A DNA stretch of 64,000 nucleotides from a virus, in the IMG/VR virus record IMGVR_UViG_3300043015_002491, positions 32,001 through 96,000 of that record; one strand, 5' to 3'. Shown piece after piece: positions 7,811 through 17,882 of this stretch (within the stretch, counting starts at the first letter, position 1; the number at the start of each line of letters is the position of its first letter). Below the pieces are notes generated by a model. That model made no database searches, had not been told where the DNA came from, and saw nothing but the letters and a program-made list of their open reading frames with translations. The position numbers and the translations under genes are program-made.

Positions 7811-8674
7811 TTATCCTATATATATTTTATTACCGACTGTATATAGACTTCCAAATGTTTCACCATCAACATCTACAAATGTCTCTCCTTCTGATTTATA
7901 ATCATCAACACCTGGTCCATCTTTTACTTCTTTAACATAAAGAGTCCCACCTAAATTAACTGCAAAGAATCTACTCATATAATTTTTATCTGGTCCCATT
8001 GGTACTGGTGTTATCGGTGCTTTATATACAACACCTTCTTCATATTTAGGTATTTCCTCACCAATTTCAATTGCTTCACCTTCTAGTTGTTGGAACACGT
8101 CTTTTGTACGCATTCTCCAGTAAGGTGCAACCTTTGGGTTGTAGATTATTTCAGATTCTGGTGAACCTGGACTCTTAGAAGCTGTAGAAACCCTAACATC
8201 AGAACATTTAACTTTAGCTATAACATCCTTATTAGCGCCCTTATAAATCTCATAACCAGTTTTAACTCTATTTGTTAATAAACAATTAGTCATCTCAATA
8301 TCGAAAGACCATGGGTGGAAATTATTTCTTACACCTCCCTTTTCTACTTTATCAACTAAGTCACTTGGGTTGAAGTCTAATTTATCATCACCTAATAAAC
8401 CTGTTTTACCATTAGGTTCAACCTTCCATGTCATGAAAATACCTTTTCCAGTAATTGGGTCTCCAGTTTTAGCTAAGTTAAATCTAACCATGAATTGATT
8501 AGCTTTTGTAGTTGGGATATTTGGTACTCTGTCGTCTGTCGTTGGTTGTTCTACCTCTGGTTTTGACACCATACCTATTTCCTCTTCCTTTATTAAACCC
8601 TTTGAAGCAAGGTATCTTTGTTCGGCTAACATGTTAGCTTTTTGTATATTTAATTTCTTATCAAATCTTCTCAT
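7811..8674 (-). CDS. Hypothetical protein, shared N-terminus (likely start MRRFDKK at 8674)
   Basis: Same N-terminal module; ATATTTAT motif at 8691-8698. Confidence 0.75.
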   Translation of the reverse strand: MRRFDKKLNIQKANMLAEQRYLASKGLIKEEEIGMVSKPEVEQPTTDDRVPNIPTTKANQFMVRFNLAKTGDPITGKGIFMTWKVEPNGKTGLLGDDKLDFNPSDLVDKVEKGGVRNNFHPWSFDIEMTNCLLTNRVKTGYEIYKGANKDVIAKVKCSDVRVSTASKSPGSPESEIIYNPKVAPYWRMRTKDVFQQLEGEAIEIGEEIPKYEEGVVYKAPITPVPMGPDKNYMSRFFAVNLGGTLYVKEVKDGPGVDDYKSEGETFVDVDGETFGSLYTVGNKIYIG

Positions 8675-8749
8675 TGGGTTTCTTTTAATTATAAATATCA
8701 CTAATAAAGAAAAAAAACTGTTCCTAAAACTCCCATAACTTCTTAATTA

Positions 8750-9910
8750 TTATAATAAATTTTTAAAATTTTCAATTTCCATTTTCTCAATAGCCTTACC
8801 CATTTCTGGTCCAGGCTTAACTCCTAACTCTCGTTGTACTTGGTCACCAGTTACACTCAATTCAAATTTAACAAAACTAGTGATTAACTCACCATTTAAC
8901 CTTGCAAGCATACCAAACTTAAGTATTTGAGTATCTTCAATACCAGACTTACTTTGTAACTTCTTAAACTTGTAAACTTGTTCTGGGTTTACGAATTGTT
9001 GTAAAGCAATTAGAAATGTAATAACCTTAACTTCTGATGAAGAATAAGTAAGCTTATTTAACTCCTTTGCAATAACATTAGGGTCATTATCCTTAAGTGT
9101 ATTAGCAATCACAATGATTGGGTCCTTATCGTTAACCCTATCTGTTTTACTAATCTTAAGACCTGGGAAAATTGATTCCCATAATTTGTAGTCATCAATA
9201 AGACTTAAGAAATGTTTAACATTCTTAGCCGTTTTAATCCCCTTTAATAACTCATCTCTGATTCTTTCTGGCGAAACACCTTCAAGACTGTTATCCTTCT
9301 TTAAAGCAGCATCTACAGCTGGGTCAAGCCCACTTCCGAATCTACCAGCGAATCTAATAGCTCTAAGTATTCTAAGTCTATCTTCACCGAATCTATCTTC
9401 AGCAGCACCAACAGTTCTAACAACACCATTCTTCAAGTCATCAATACCACCAACAAGGTCAACAACCTCACCAGTATCTATATCGTAAAATAATGCGTTA
9501 ATAGTTAAATCTCTTCTCTTAACATCGGTTTCAATATCTGTAAATCTAACAGCATCTGGTCTCCTACCACCAGATAGGTCTTCTCTAAATGTAGCAATTT
9601 CGTATTCATCTGAATCTGTGAATACATTGATTACACCAAAAGCTTTACCAGTTGGTAGTGTTTTAAACCCAGCATCAGCCATCATATCTTCAACCTTGTC
9701 TGGTACAGCATCAGTTGCGAGGTCATAATCTTTTGGTGTCTTTCCTAGTAATGCATCTCTAACAGCACCACCAACAACAAATAACTTATGTCCGTTTTTA
9801 ACGAAAACATCTTTAATTTGTCTAATATCATCTGGGATAGGCATGTTCATTTGCACCCTTTCTTCTCTTATGATATCTTCTCTAAGTATTTGTTTGATTT
9901 TATCTTTCAT
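8750..9910 (-). CDS. cca: CCA-adding tRNA nucleotidyltransferase (class II)
   Basis: VGGAVRD, DYD, RRDLTINAL, EDRLRILRAIRF, ERIRDEL motifs. Confidence 0.88.
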   Translation of the reverse strand: MKDKIKQILREDIIREERVQMNMPIPDDIRQIKDVFVKNGHKLFVVGGAVRDALLGKTPKDYDLATDAVPDKVEDMMADAGFKTLPTGKAFGVINVFTDSDEYEIATFREDLSGGRRPDAVRFTDIETDVKRRDLTINALFYDIDTGEVVDLVGGIDDLKNGVVRTVGAAEDRFGEDRLRILRAIRFAGRFGSGLDPAVDAALKKDNSLEGVSPERIRDELLKGIKTAKNVKHFLSLIDDYKLWESIFPGLKISKTDRVNDKDPIIVIANTLKDNDPNVIAKELNKLTYSSSEVKVITFLIALQQFVNPEQVYKFKKLQSKSGIEDTQILKFGMLARLNGELITSFVKFELSVTGDQVQRELGVKPGPEMGKAIEKMEIENFKNLL

Positions 9911-9947
9911 ATCACAAATATAGAGAATTATTTTTAAATAAACAAGT

Positions 9948-11468
9948 TTATAACCTTTTTCTAAATAATTTTTTTATTATTTTTTTGTTTTCAGACATAA
10001 CACTTACATTTGATTCTATAAGACCTTTTTCTTGGAATTCATCTAAATCATCGTCTAATACCCATGCTTCACCATAGTCTTTTATATCAACCTTAGTTGC
10101 TTCTTCTGGGTGACCATAATTATATTCACCATAGTGTGGTTCGTAAAGTCTTATAGCATCAGCTTTTAATATTGTCTTATCAGTATATGTTTCTACAGTA
10201 TCATCACTAAATGCAAATGGTATTTCATAAATATCATCATCTAACATAATATAATCATCCTCATGTGTTATATATTGACCTTCACCATAATAATTGTGTT
10301 CTAATTCTACAGTATCATCTAATTTAGCATATTCACCTTCATATTTACCAGCTGTTAATTCTACTGGATATGACTCATCATCATACTTATACACCCATTC
10401 ATGGTCGTATGTTTTAATACAATCATCTATTAAATAAACACCATCATCTACGTATATTACATCGTCTTGGTGGGCGTACCCTTCTACATAACCATTTGGG
10501 GTTCTATATGATAAATAAAATGCTTCATCTTCATCAACAGTATCACCTTCATGGTCACCTAATTCAATATAAACTCCAGCATCTGCATGACCACCATGGG
10601 TGTCTTGTAAACGAAGCCAACCTTCACTACCATCAGCGGCTAAGGTACCACTTTCTGGGTCGTAGTATTGGAATGTGTCCATATATGGATATGTATCATA
10701 TTCACCTCCATTTTCAAGTGTTACTGTTGAGTTAGCTCTTTTACTAATACCCTTTTCTTCAGCGTAATTATTGAAAAAAGTATTAAATTCTTTGTTTGTT
10801 GTATAAACCCTATCCATGAAGTACTGGTCGTTATCCATATGCCAGATAAGAGCTCTACCTCTAACCTTGTTAGTTTCTGGGTTTAATAACACAAGACACT
10901 TAACTTCATTAGGATTGTCAGTATAAATCTTAAGGTATTCTTGAGCATAATCAAATCTCATACAAGAACCCATTGTTTCACCGTCTTCATAATTCTCACA
11001 ATGATATGCTTTAAGGATATCATCACCCTCAACAATTTTTAATTGTGATGTATCAGCTTTTTTAAGATGACTAATAAGGTCTTCTATTTCGTAATCCTTA
11101 ATATCCTTAATATCACTACCTAAATAATTAAGAAGTTTATTTATTTTAAAAAGCCTTTCCTTAACCTTTCCATTCATATCTGTATAACCTAGAGTGATTA
11201 ACTTTTCATTCTTTTTATCATAATCAACGTAATCAACATTAGCGTCATCTTTAATCTTATCACTATTAAAAAATGCTAATAGTTTTTTAGAAAGGGGGGT
11301 GTTGATATTATTTAACTTTTTAGTTAAGTTATCACCAACTTTTATTTCTTTTTCTAAAATTAATAAAAGTCTATTAGCCTTTACCCTATTCTCTCTCTCA
11401 GTTAATAGTTTAAAACCTTTAGTTTCCCTTATTGATTCGTTAAGTAATTTTTTAATTAATTTTTTCAT
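9948..11468 (-). CDS. Hypothetical phage protein, acidic C-terminal half
   Basis: 506 aa; GSCMR, GRALIW, DRVY, YPYMDTF motifs. Confidence 0.75.
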   Translation of the reverse strand: MKKLIKKLLNESIRETKGFKLLTERENRVKANRLLLILEKEIKVGDNLTKKLNNINTPLSKKLLAFFNSDKIKDDANVDYVDYDKKNEKLITLGYTDMNGKVKERLFKINKLLNYLGSDIKDIKDYEIEDLISHLKKADTSQLKIVEGDDILKAYHCENYEDGETMGSCMRFDYAQEYLKIYTDNPNEVKCLVLLNPETNKVRGRALIWHMDNDQYFMDRVYTTNKEFNTFFNNYAEEKGISKRANSTVTLENGGEYDTYPYMDTFQYYDPESGTLAADGSEGWLRLQDTHGGHADAGVYIELGDHEGDTVDEDEAFYLSYRTPNGYVEGYAHQDDVIYVDDGVYLIDDCIKTYDHEWVYKYDDESYPVELTAGKYEGEYAKLDDTVELEHNYYGEGQYITHEDDYIMLDDDIYEIPFAFSDDTVETYTDKTILKADAIRLYEPHYGEYNYGHPEEATKVDIKDYGEAWVLDDDLDEFQEKGLIESNVSVMSENKKIIKKLFRKRL

Positions 11469-11469
11469 T

Positions 11470-13638
11470 TTATAATAAATCTTTAAATCTATTTATCGCT
11501 TCGAATAACTTATAATTTGAAAAGTGTGTTGGTAATGCTTCTATCTTAACCATACCACTCATAGTCTTACCAGTTTTCTTATCTGTTAATTCGATAAATA
11601 TTTCTTCTTTCTCAAAGTTAAACTTAGAATAATCAATTCTTAATTTAACCATTTCGTTTTCGAAACTATCCTTATTCATATCCAACTTCATGTCTGTCAT
11701 AATCTTACTTAACTTATCCCAGAATGGCCCACTCTTAGTTCCATAAGTAATGTATTTTGGTAGTTGGTCTATTCTAACATAACCACTAAAGTCTTTATGT
11801 GTCATATTATCTTGGAAATGAATGTATACAGTCTTTTTCGGTATGTTTATCTTTCTATCATAAATCTGTAGTGTTCTGTAAGCATCTGACATGTACATAC
11901 TATAACTATTAGTGTATTTATGAACCATATTGTGTAGTAACTCTCTAATGTTAGATAAGTCTGAATGATATTCATCACCAGATACATTTTTAAACCAATC
12001 TTTAGTTTCTTCATCATCACCAGTTTCATGGTGGAACTCAATAATTTCATCTTCAAACTCTTCTAGAAAGTGTTCAACAATATCATCTTCAATATCATCA
12101 TACACTTCTACTATCTGATTAATATCTACATTAAGAATTTGATTTTCTAATTCTCTAACCTCTTCATAAATCTCATAATCTTCGACTGGGATTTGGAAGG
12201 TGCTTGATAGGAAATCTTTAAATTCATCCATGTCATAGTCATCATATCTAATCAAGAAAAGCATGAATATTGATTTCTCAATTTCATTACGACTTATACT
12301 AAATAAACCGTCAGATTTATTGGCTACTTGTTGATTAGCTTCTCTATTAGCATCATAAGTCGCATCATAGATAATCTCATTTATTTTTTCTAAAACCTTA
12401 TCCTTCTTGTCTGAATTAATTATTAAGTTATTTAAAAAGTCTTTATCATAAACACCATCACTATAACCAACACCAGCTTTCTGGTCTTCAAGGTATTCTA
12501 AGAATCCTTTAATATCTAATCCTTCACTGTTAAATTTTATTTCTAGGTCATCTTTCTTTTGATTGAACATTTCTTCAATTGAATTATCATAATAATAACC
12601 TGGTTCTTCATCGTCAATATAAACATCTGGTTCATTATAATAACCACCTAATTGGTCATATATAGATAAGTCTGGGTCATCTAGATTTTTAAATTCAATG
12701 TCATCCCTAACTATGTCTTCTATTTGAAGGTCTGATGATAATAGTTTATTAATTTCATCATAATCATCTTCTTCTTCAGACTTTAATAATAAATTAACTA
12801 TTGGTTTTGTAGCATTACGTTTAACCAATTCATCGATAACCCAAGTTCTGGCGTTATTGGTGATTAATTTTCTATTAATCATAGAATCCAAATCATCATC
12901 ACTAATGTTACTCATATCACCCTTTAATTCTGGGTTAAAGAAAAATAATAACTCTTCATTATTATCTAAGAAGTTAGACACATTGATTTGTCTGTCATTC
13001 TTATCCATATATTGAGCACTCTGAACGTGAAATTGATACTTGTCAGTATTGTCTTTTTTATTAATGATAGTATAAATGGTACCACTCTTACCATATTGGT
13101 TAAACATATTATTCCTACCCTTATACTTTGGGTTTGTTGAATGTTTACCCCATGCTGTACACCATTCTGTTGCTGAACCTAGAGTACAAGCACCCTTTTC
13201 AGTCTTAGGTTTAAATACAAGCCACTTCTCACCATTATGTAATAATTCATAATCTTCTTGTTCTAAAGAATCAACTAACTTAGTCACATCTGTTTCACCA
13301 GCTTGTACAATATAGTCTTTAATAACATCATACATGTCTGGTAGCGTCTTAATCATGTTAGCTTTAAGTGGTAATTGTTTCTTATAAACAATTGATAAGT
13401 ATTCATTCGCTTTTGGTAAATCTTCTAGTTTAAGATTGTCCTTCTTAAACATATCAAGAAGTATTTTAGCATACTTACCAATCTTCTTAACTTCATCACC
13501 TTTAACTTTTGTCTTTGGGTCAGCTGAAACAATTTTATTAAATTCTTTTTCATCTATATCAGAGTAGTATTTTTCTCTGATTTCAGATGCTGTTAATTCC
13601 ATTATTAACTCTTCAAATATAAGACTAAGTTTTTTCAT
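11470..13638 (-). CDS. Large hypothetical phage protein (TEWCTA motif)
   Basis: 722 aa ORF; two similar C-terminal segments (IHFQDNMTHKDFSGYVRI / IELTDKKTGKTMSGMVKI). Confidence 0.75.
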   Translation of the reverse strand: MKKLSLIFEELIMELTASEIREKYYSDIDEKEFNKIVSADPKTKVKGDEVKKIGKYAKILLDMFKKDNLKLEDLPKANEYLSIVYKKQLPLKANMIKTLPDMYDVIKDYIVQAGETDVTKLVDSLEQEDYELLHNGEKWLVFKPKTEKGACTLGSATEWCTAWGKHSTNPKYKGRNNMFNQYGKSGTIYTIINKKDNTDKYQFHVQSAQYMDKNDRQINVSNFLDNNEELLFFFNPELKGDMSNISDDDLDSMINRKLITNNARTWVIDELVKRNATKPIVNLLLKSEEEDDYDEINKLLSSDLQIEDIVRDDIEFKNLDDPDLSIYDQLGGYYNEPDVYIDDEEPGYYYDNSIEEMFNQKKDDLEIKFNSEGLDIKGFLEYLEDQKAGVGYSDGVYDKDFLNNLIINSDKKDKVLEKINEIIYDATYDANREANQQVANKSDGLFSISRNEIEKSIFMLFLIRYDDYDMDEFKDFLSSTFQIPVEDYEIYEEVRELENQILNVDINQIVEVYDDIEDDIVEHFLEEFEDEIIEFHHETGDDEETKDWFKNVSGDEYHSDLSNIRELLHNMVHKYTNSYSMYMSDAYRTLQIYDRKINIPKKTVYIHFQDNMTHKDFSGYVRIDQLPKYITYGTKSGPFWDKLSKIMTDMKLDMNKDSFENEMVKLRIDYSKFNFEKEEIFIELTDKKTGKTMSGMVKIEALPTHFSNYKLFEAINRFKDLL

Positions 13639-13640
13639 TT

Positions 13641-13838
13641 TTATTTTTCTTTTTTATCCCATTTAACCAATTCACCATCACATACATCATTGGCAAATTC
13701 TTCAGCAGTTATAAATGACCACTTATCATCACCTTCAGTTCTCTTATAAAAGATAGGTCCATCAATATATCTAATTTGATATTGTATCTTATCTTTCTTG
13801 CTAGATTCTCTAAGTAATATTTTTATTCTATCTTTCAT
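13641..13838 (-). CDS. Small hypothetical protein
   Basis: 65 aa, MKDRIKILLRE N-terminus, coupled to neighbours. Confidence 0.65.
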   Translation of the reverse strand: MKDRIKILLRESSKKDKIQYQIRYIDGPIFYKRTEGDDKWSFITAEEFANDVCDGELVKWDKKEK

Positions 13839-14623
13839 AACAGTTCCTCGTCTATTGTATGTTCATCATCATAAGCATTACTTGATAAATCACCAAGTTT
13901 TTCCATTATATCGTTCCTTCTAAGTAATTTAAATACAATATTCTCTACACTGTATTCACCACCCTCATCAAGCCCAGCTTGCCTCATCTTTCTAATTTTA
14001 TCTTTAAGTTTTTCAACTCTATCAACAACACTATTATTGTCTTTATCTTTTTCAATATCTTCAACAGATTTAACAATTTCTTTATATTTCTTTCTAATTG
14101 TTTCTTTATCTAATTTAACATCTTGTTTTTTTGGTTCTATAACCCATTCATCATCCATAATGGAATAAACACCTGTTGAATGGTGAGGTTGGTCTTCTGG
14201 TTGTAAATATAATTCAACTTCAAAACCCTTAATGGTGATATCATGGTCAGAATTCCACTTTCTAGTCTTAACGTCAAGTAAGTCTTTAACCATTTCTTTC
14301 TTATCACCTAATTCATTTATATCGAATATCAAATGAAGGTCAACATCTGAATACTTTGACCAATTAAAATTAGCTAATGAACCAGTCATTGTAATATCTA
14401 AGTATTCAAAATCTAAATCTAAAGATTCCCAATAATCTTCAGCAATCTTAATAAGTGTTTTTCTTATGTCTGGTTTTATCCTATCTTCTGTGTCCCATAT
14501 ATCTGGTTGGAGGGTGTCATTCATCTTAAATGCTGAAAAGTCTAATTCATCATTAAGTTCTGTAAGAAGTGACTCTATATGAAGACTCTCTTTTAATAAT
14601 CGTTTTACAATACATTTTCCCAT
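13835..14623 (-). CDS. Pol-beta superfamily nucleotidyltransferase
   Basis: TGS-x10-DVD motif, later VELY. Confidence 0.75.
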   Translation of the reverse strand: MGKCIVKRLLKESLHIESLLTELNDELDFSAFKMNDTLQPDIWDTEDRIKPDIRKTLIKIAEDYWESLDLDFEYLDITMTGSLANFNWSKYSDVDLHLIFDINELGDKKEMVKDLLDVKTRKWNSDHDITIKGFEVELYLQPEDQPHHSTGVYSIMDDEWVIEPKKQDVKLDKETIRKKYKEIVKSVEDIEKDKDNNSVVDRVEKLKDKIRKMRQAGLDEGGEYSVENIVFKLLRRNDIMEKLGDLSSNAYDDEHTIDEELL

Positions 14624-14647
14624 ACTAATAAATATGTTGCTATAAAC

Positions 14648-14680
14648 AAAAAAAGCCCTACAAAAGTAGAGCTTTTTTTT
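14648..14680. terminator. Bidirectional intrinsic terminator ending the ncRNA transcript
   Basis: AAAAAAAGCCCTACAAAAGTAGAGCTTTTTTTT. Confidence 0.8.
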
Positions 14681-14687
14681 AATTAGA

Positions 14688-15175
14688 TGGGGGAAATCAA
14701 AAGGATTCTTCTTAACACCTTTAACATTTGGATTAATTACGGATTCGAACCGTTATTACCTTACTACCGATACTCCTAAGCGGTTAACTTAAGATTCTTC
14801 TCCACCATTTGACCTTGAAGCGGTCTTCCTACCTAGTACCGTGCCTTAACCCACTAATCAAAGGTTTATTAGGCTACAAGATGGGATTTATTTATTCACC
14901 CATAAGTAAGGTTACAAGTAGATATTTACATCTAGCTGTACCATTCAAATGCTCTAACGATAACTAGATTGTTAGCAACAATCATTGGCTACTCAGTCGC
15001 TTACTCCCCGAAGGAAGCTTGCACCTACGTTTTCACTATAATTGCTGTAGTTTACTCTCGGAAGATTTTCCATTGAGTATCCCACCACAGGAATCGTTAA
15101 CTCTTATCACCCTTGTAAATAGTGATTATTCGAGCATAATTATACATGCAAACTGTACAGGTTCACATGCCCCCA
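14688..15175 (-). ncRNA. Candidate large structured ncRNA (~490 nt)
   Basis: No credible ORF, raised GC, TGGGGG/CCCCCA terminal pairing, many hairpins including ACGG-TTCGAAT-CCGT; promoter upstream and terminator downstream. Confidence 0.7.
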
Positions 15176-15189
15176 ATATTTTTAGTTAT

Positions 15190-15314
15190 CAGAATAGTGA
15201 TTTAGAATGATTAACATGGTCTAGACACATGGTTGTTTTTTGTTACTCAACAAGAGGACAATTTCTAAAACCTCTCTCTCTCTTTCTTAAAGAACTAATC
15301 GCTGTAACTATTCT
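15190..15314 (-). ncRNA. Small RNA family member B
   Basis: AGAATAG-TTACAGCGA...CTATTCT-G. Confidence 0.55.
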
Positions 15315-15360
15315 TTTATAACTTTTCTTCAATGAACGTTTGTTAATTACTTAACTGATA

Positions 15361-15391
15361 CAAATATATCACATTATTTATCATTTGTCAA
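15361..15391 (-). promoter_or_regulatory. Host-type promoter for ncRNA operon
   Basis: TTG-N20-TATATTTG, boxA-like GTTCATTGAA at 15328-15337. Confidence 0.7.
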
Positions 15392-15571
15392 GTGTTTTGG
15401 TAAATATTTTTCAAATTCCTCAAGCCTAGCACCAAGAGTACTACCATTAGCTTCGAAAAATACCGAATCACCAATTACTCTAACATTACTAATATCCCAA
15501 TGAACTATATTACTTAAATTCATTGCTATCTCACCCTCATTGGGTAACCTTATCCACATATACTCATCCAT
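15374..15571 (-). CDS. Small hypothetical protein (likely start MDEYMW)
   Basis: ORF track 15374-15619; the upstream part overlaps a terminator-like hairpin. Confidence 0.5.
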   Translation of the reverse strand: MDEYMWIRLPNEGEIAMNLSNIVHWDISNVRVIGDSVFFEANGSTLGARLEEFEKYLPKHLTNDK

Positions 15572-15661
15572 AATACAATTATAATTAATTACAAATAAAT
15601 GTAAACAATAAAACCCCACAATTGTGGGGTTTTATTGAGTAATAATTAACTTTTATTATTT

Positions 15662-17023
15662 TTATTTACCAGTTAATTGTTTTGCCATTGAAGCACCAAT
15701 TAATGATTCTAATGGTGTACCACCCTTACTATCACCCATAATCATTGTTTCTGGGAATTTGATTTTAGATAACTCAGCAGCAACACCAATTTTAGTTTCT
15801 TTCTCAATTTGAGCTCTCTCTTGTGGTGTTAAACCAGCTGACACTAATCTTTGGTTCTCATAAGCTTGTGCATCTGCCGCTACTTTCTTCTTCTTAGAGT
15901 TTAATTTCTCAGTTTCTAAAGCAATTTCAGCTAACTTACGATTAGTTTCTTCTCGTTTTAATTGAGTTTCAATAGCGATTAAGGCTTTAACTTGCTCTTT
16001 CTCTTGTGTTACCCTTTCAGCAGCCTTATCTCTCTCCCCTTCAGCTACAATTCTTTGTTGTGCAGCCTTAGCGGTTTCAATCTTTTGTAATTCAATAGAT
16101 TTTTGCGCTGAAATATCCCTTGAATCTTCTAACTTCTTACGGAATTTTTCTTCTAATACTACTTGGTCTACAATAACTTGAGATACTATAATTTTGTTTT
16201 TTGTAATATCGTGTGCTATTCTAATTGGTAACCCAGTTTTCTTATCTATACGCTTATTAACTTCGTAACGTGTTTGAACTTCTTTAATTGTTCTACCTTC
16301 CTCATTTTGAATTACTGATTCAATCGTATCAGTGTGTTCAATTTTATCTACCGCATAACCACCAGATTTTAATTGTTCATCAAGCGTTGCTCTAAAGTTA
16401 GATGCGTCTCCAGATACATAATCTTCAGCGGTGAACATATAACCAGTGTTAATTACTTGTTCTTTAACTGTTGGGATAAGCGTATTATTAATTAAATTCT
16501 TTGGATGTATAATTTCTCTAACAATTTGACCAAATGATTCGTCATCTTGTGGTAACTGCATACGTACAGATAATTTAACACTACCAACTACTTTATCGAT
16601 AAATCTAATTGGAATACCACCTAATATTGGTCCTTCAATACCTTCAGTAGATTCACCATCACTAACCACCTTAATATCACTAAATGATTCCCATTCTTGA
16701 ACTCGTGAAAATGGCATCACTAATTTCCAACCTTGACTATATTCATAACTAACTTGACCTGTTGGGCTAACTATGTAATATTGATGCCCTGGTCTAGCGT
16801 AGAAGAATGCTGATGTTGACATCATTAATAACACTCCAATAACACCAACGATAAGAGATTTCTTACCAGTCCAGTTTGTTAAAAATTTTGGATGTGCTGG
16901 TAAAGTTTTTGTACCACCATATCCGTTTGGTACACTTTCAGATTCCGTTCTCAAATTCATAAATTTTGGTACAACGTATAATGCGATAGCTACCAATAAT
17001 AATAAAATTCCTAATACTGTCAT
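15662..17023 (-). CDS. SPFH/band-7 family membrane protein
   Basis: Two N-terminal TM segments, SPFH-like core, AE-rich coiled coil. Confidence 0.78.
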   Translation of the reverse strand: MTVLGILLLLVAIALYVVPKFMNLRTESESVPNGYGGTKTLPAHPKFLTNWTGKKSLIVGVIGVLLMMSTSAFFYARPGHQYYIVSPTGQVSYEYSQGWKLVMPFSRVQEWESFSDIKVVSDGESTEGIEGPILGGIPIRFIDKVVGSVKLSVRMQLPQDDESFGQIVREIIHPKNLINNTLIPTVKEQVINTGYMFTAEDYVSGDASNFRATLDEQLKSGGYAVDKIEHTDTIESVIQNEEGRTIKEVQTRYEVNKRIDKKTGLPIRIAHDITKNKIIVSQVIVDQVVLEEKFRKKLEDSRDISAQKSIELQKIETAKAAQQRIVAEGERDKAAERVTQEKEQVKALIAIETQLKREETNRKLAEIALETEKLNSKKKKVAADAQAYENQRLVSAGLTPQERAQIEKETKIGVAAELSKIKFPETMIMGDSKGGTPLESLIGASMAKQLTGK

Positions 17024-17118
17024 TTTCTTTTTTTTTTAATTGTTTATACTTATTTAATTATTACAGTCACAAATATAAGACTTTTTTTTTAATCTGCAAA
17101 CTTTTTTTTTGATTTTTT

Positions 17119-17652
17119 TTAAATCTTTTCTAAAACATTTTGAAAAAGTATTCTACCAAACCTTGATACTCTTTCTTTAAACTCTTCAAATGTGCCGTTA
17201 TTATTGATAATAACATCAGCACATGATTTATCAATATTAAATGATGTTGCTGGTTCAAGAGGTAATCTATCTGATGCGTCAACCCAAATAATAAGGTCAA
17301 AAAGCCCTTGCTTCATACATTCTTGTATTTCATCGTTATCTCTCATTCCAACATAACAATCAGAAATTTCAAGAATACCCTTAGCTAGTCTTGCCCTATC
17401 CTCTTTATTGTAATCACAAATAGATTCATACCACTCTTGTCTATGATTAACTCTATCCTCGAAACATTCTTCTGAAGACGTATAACCATACTTGTCTTTT
17501 AATTTTTCATAAAGAAAGATGTCAGCTGCTGCTTGAGATGATGATTTAAACTGTAAACCAAACTCTTCACCTAGTAGTTCAGCAAATGTGTCTTTTCCGT
17601 GCCTTGCATTTCCAATAATCAATAATTTAGGTGTTTTATTCATAATTTTCAT
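17119..17652 (-). CDS. P-loop deoxynucleoside monophosphate kinase-like protein
   Basis: IIGNARHGKDT, GMR, DVIINNNGT. Confidence 0.7.
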   Translation of the reverse strand: MKIMNKTPKLLIIGNARHGKDTFAELLGEEFGLQFKSSSQAAADIFLYEKLKDKYGYTSSEECFEDRVNHRQEWYESICDYNKEDRARLAKGILEISDCYVGMRDNDEIQECMKQGLFDLIIWVDASDRLPLEPATSFNIDKSCADVIINNNGTFEEFKERVSRFGRILFQNVLEKI

Positions 17653-17805
17653 ATTTAAATTTATATTTTTTACATTTATTTTTCATAATATCTTTTGTAT
17701 TTTATACAATATTACAATATTTTTTTGGGATACGCAAGTTTTTAGACAAAAAAAAATCCCCACCTATGAAGATGAGGACTTTTTCCATTATTAACCATTA
17801 AAAAT

Positions 17806-17853
17806 CAGAATCGTTTTATTTTGCAGATAAATATTCATTGCTGAACCGATTCT
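17806..17853 (-). ncRNA. Small RNA family member C with CT-GCA-AA anticodon-like loop
   Basis: AGAATCG-GTTCAGCAA...TTTAT-CTGCAAA-ATAAA...CGATTCT-G. Confidence 0.6.
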
Positions 17854-17882
17854 TAAACAACTATGAAAGACAGAAAAACATT

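Noticed and set aside
14688-15175. RNase P RNA or self-splicing intron identity for the large ncRNA
   Set aside because: No GAGGAAAGTCC P4 signature, no GTGCG start, and no interrupted host gene.
15019-15210. 63-aa plus-strand ORF
   Set aside because: Antisense to the structured RNA, TTG start, no expression signals.
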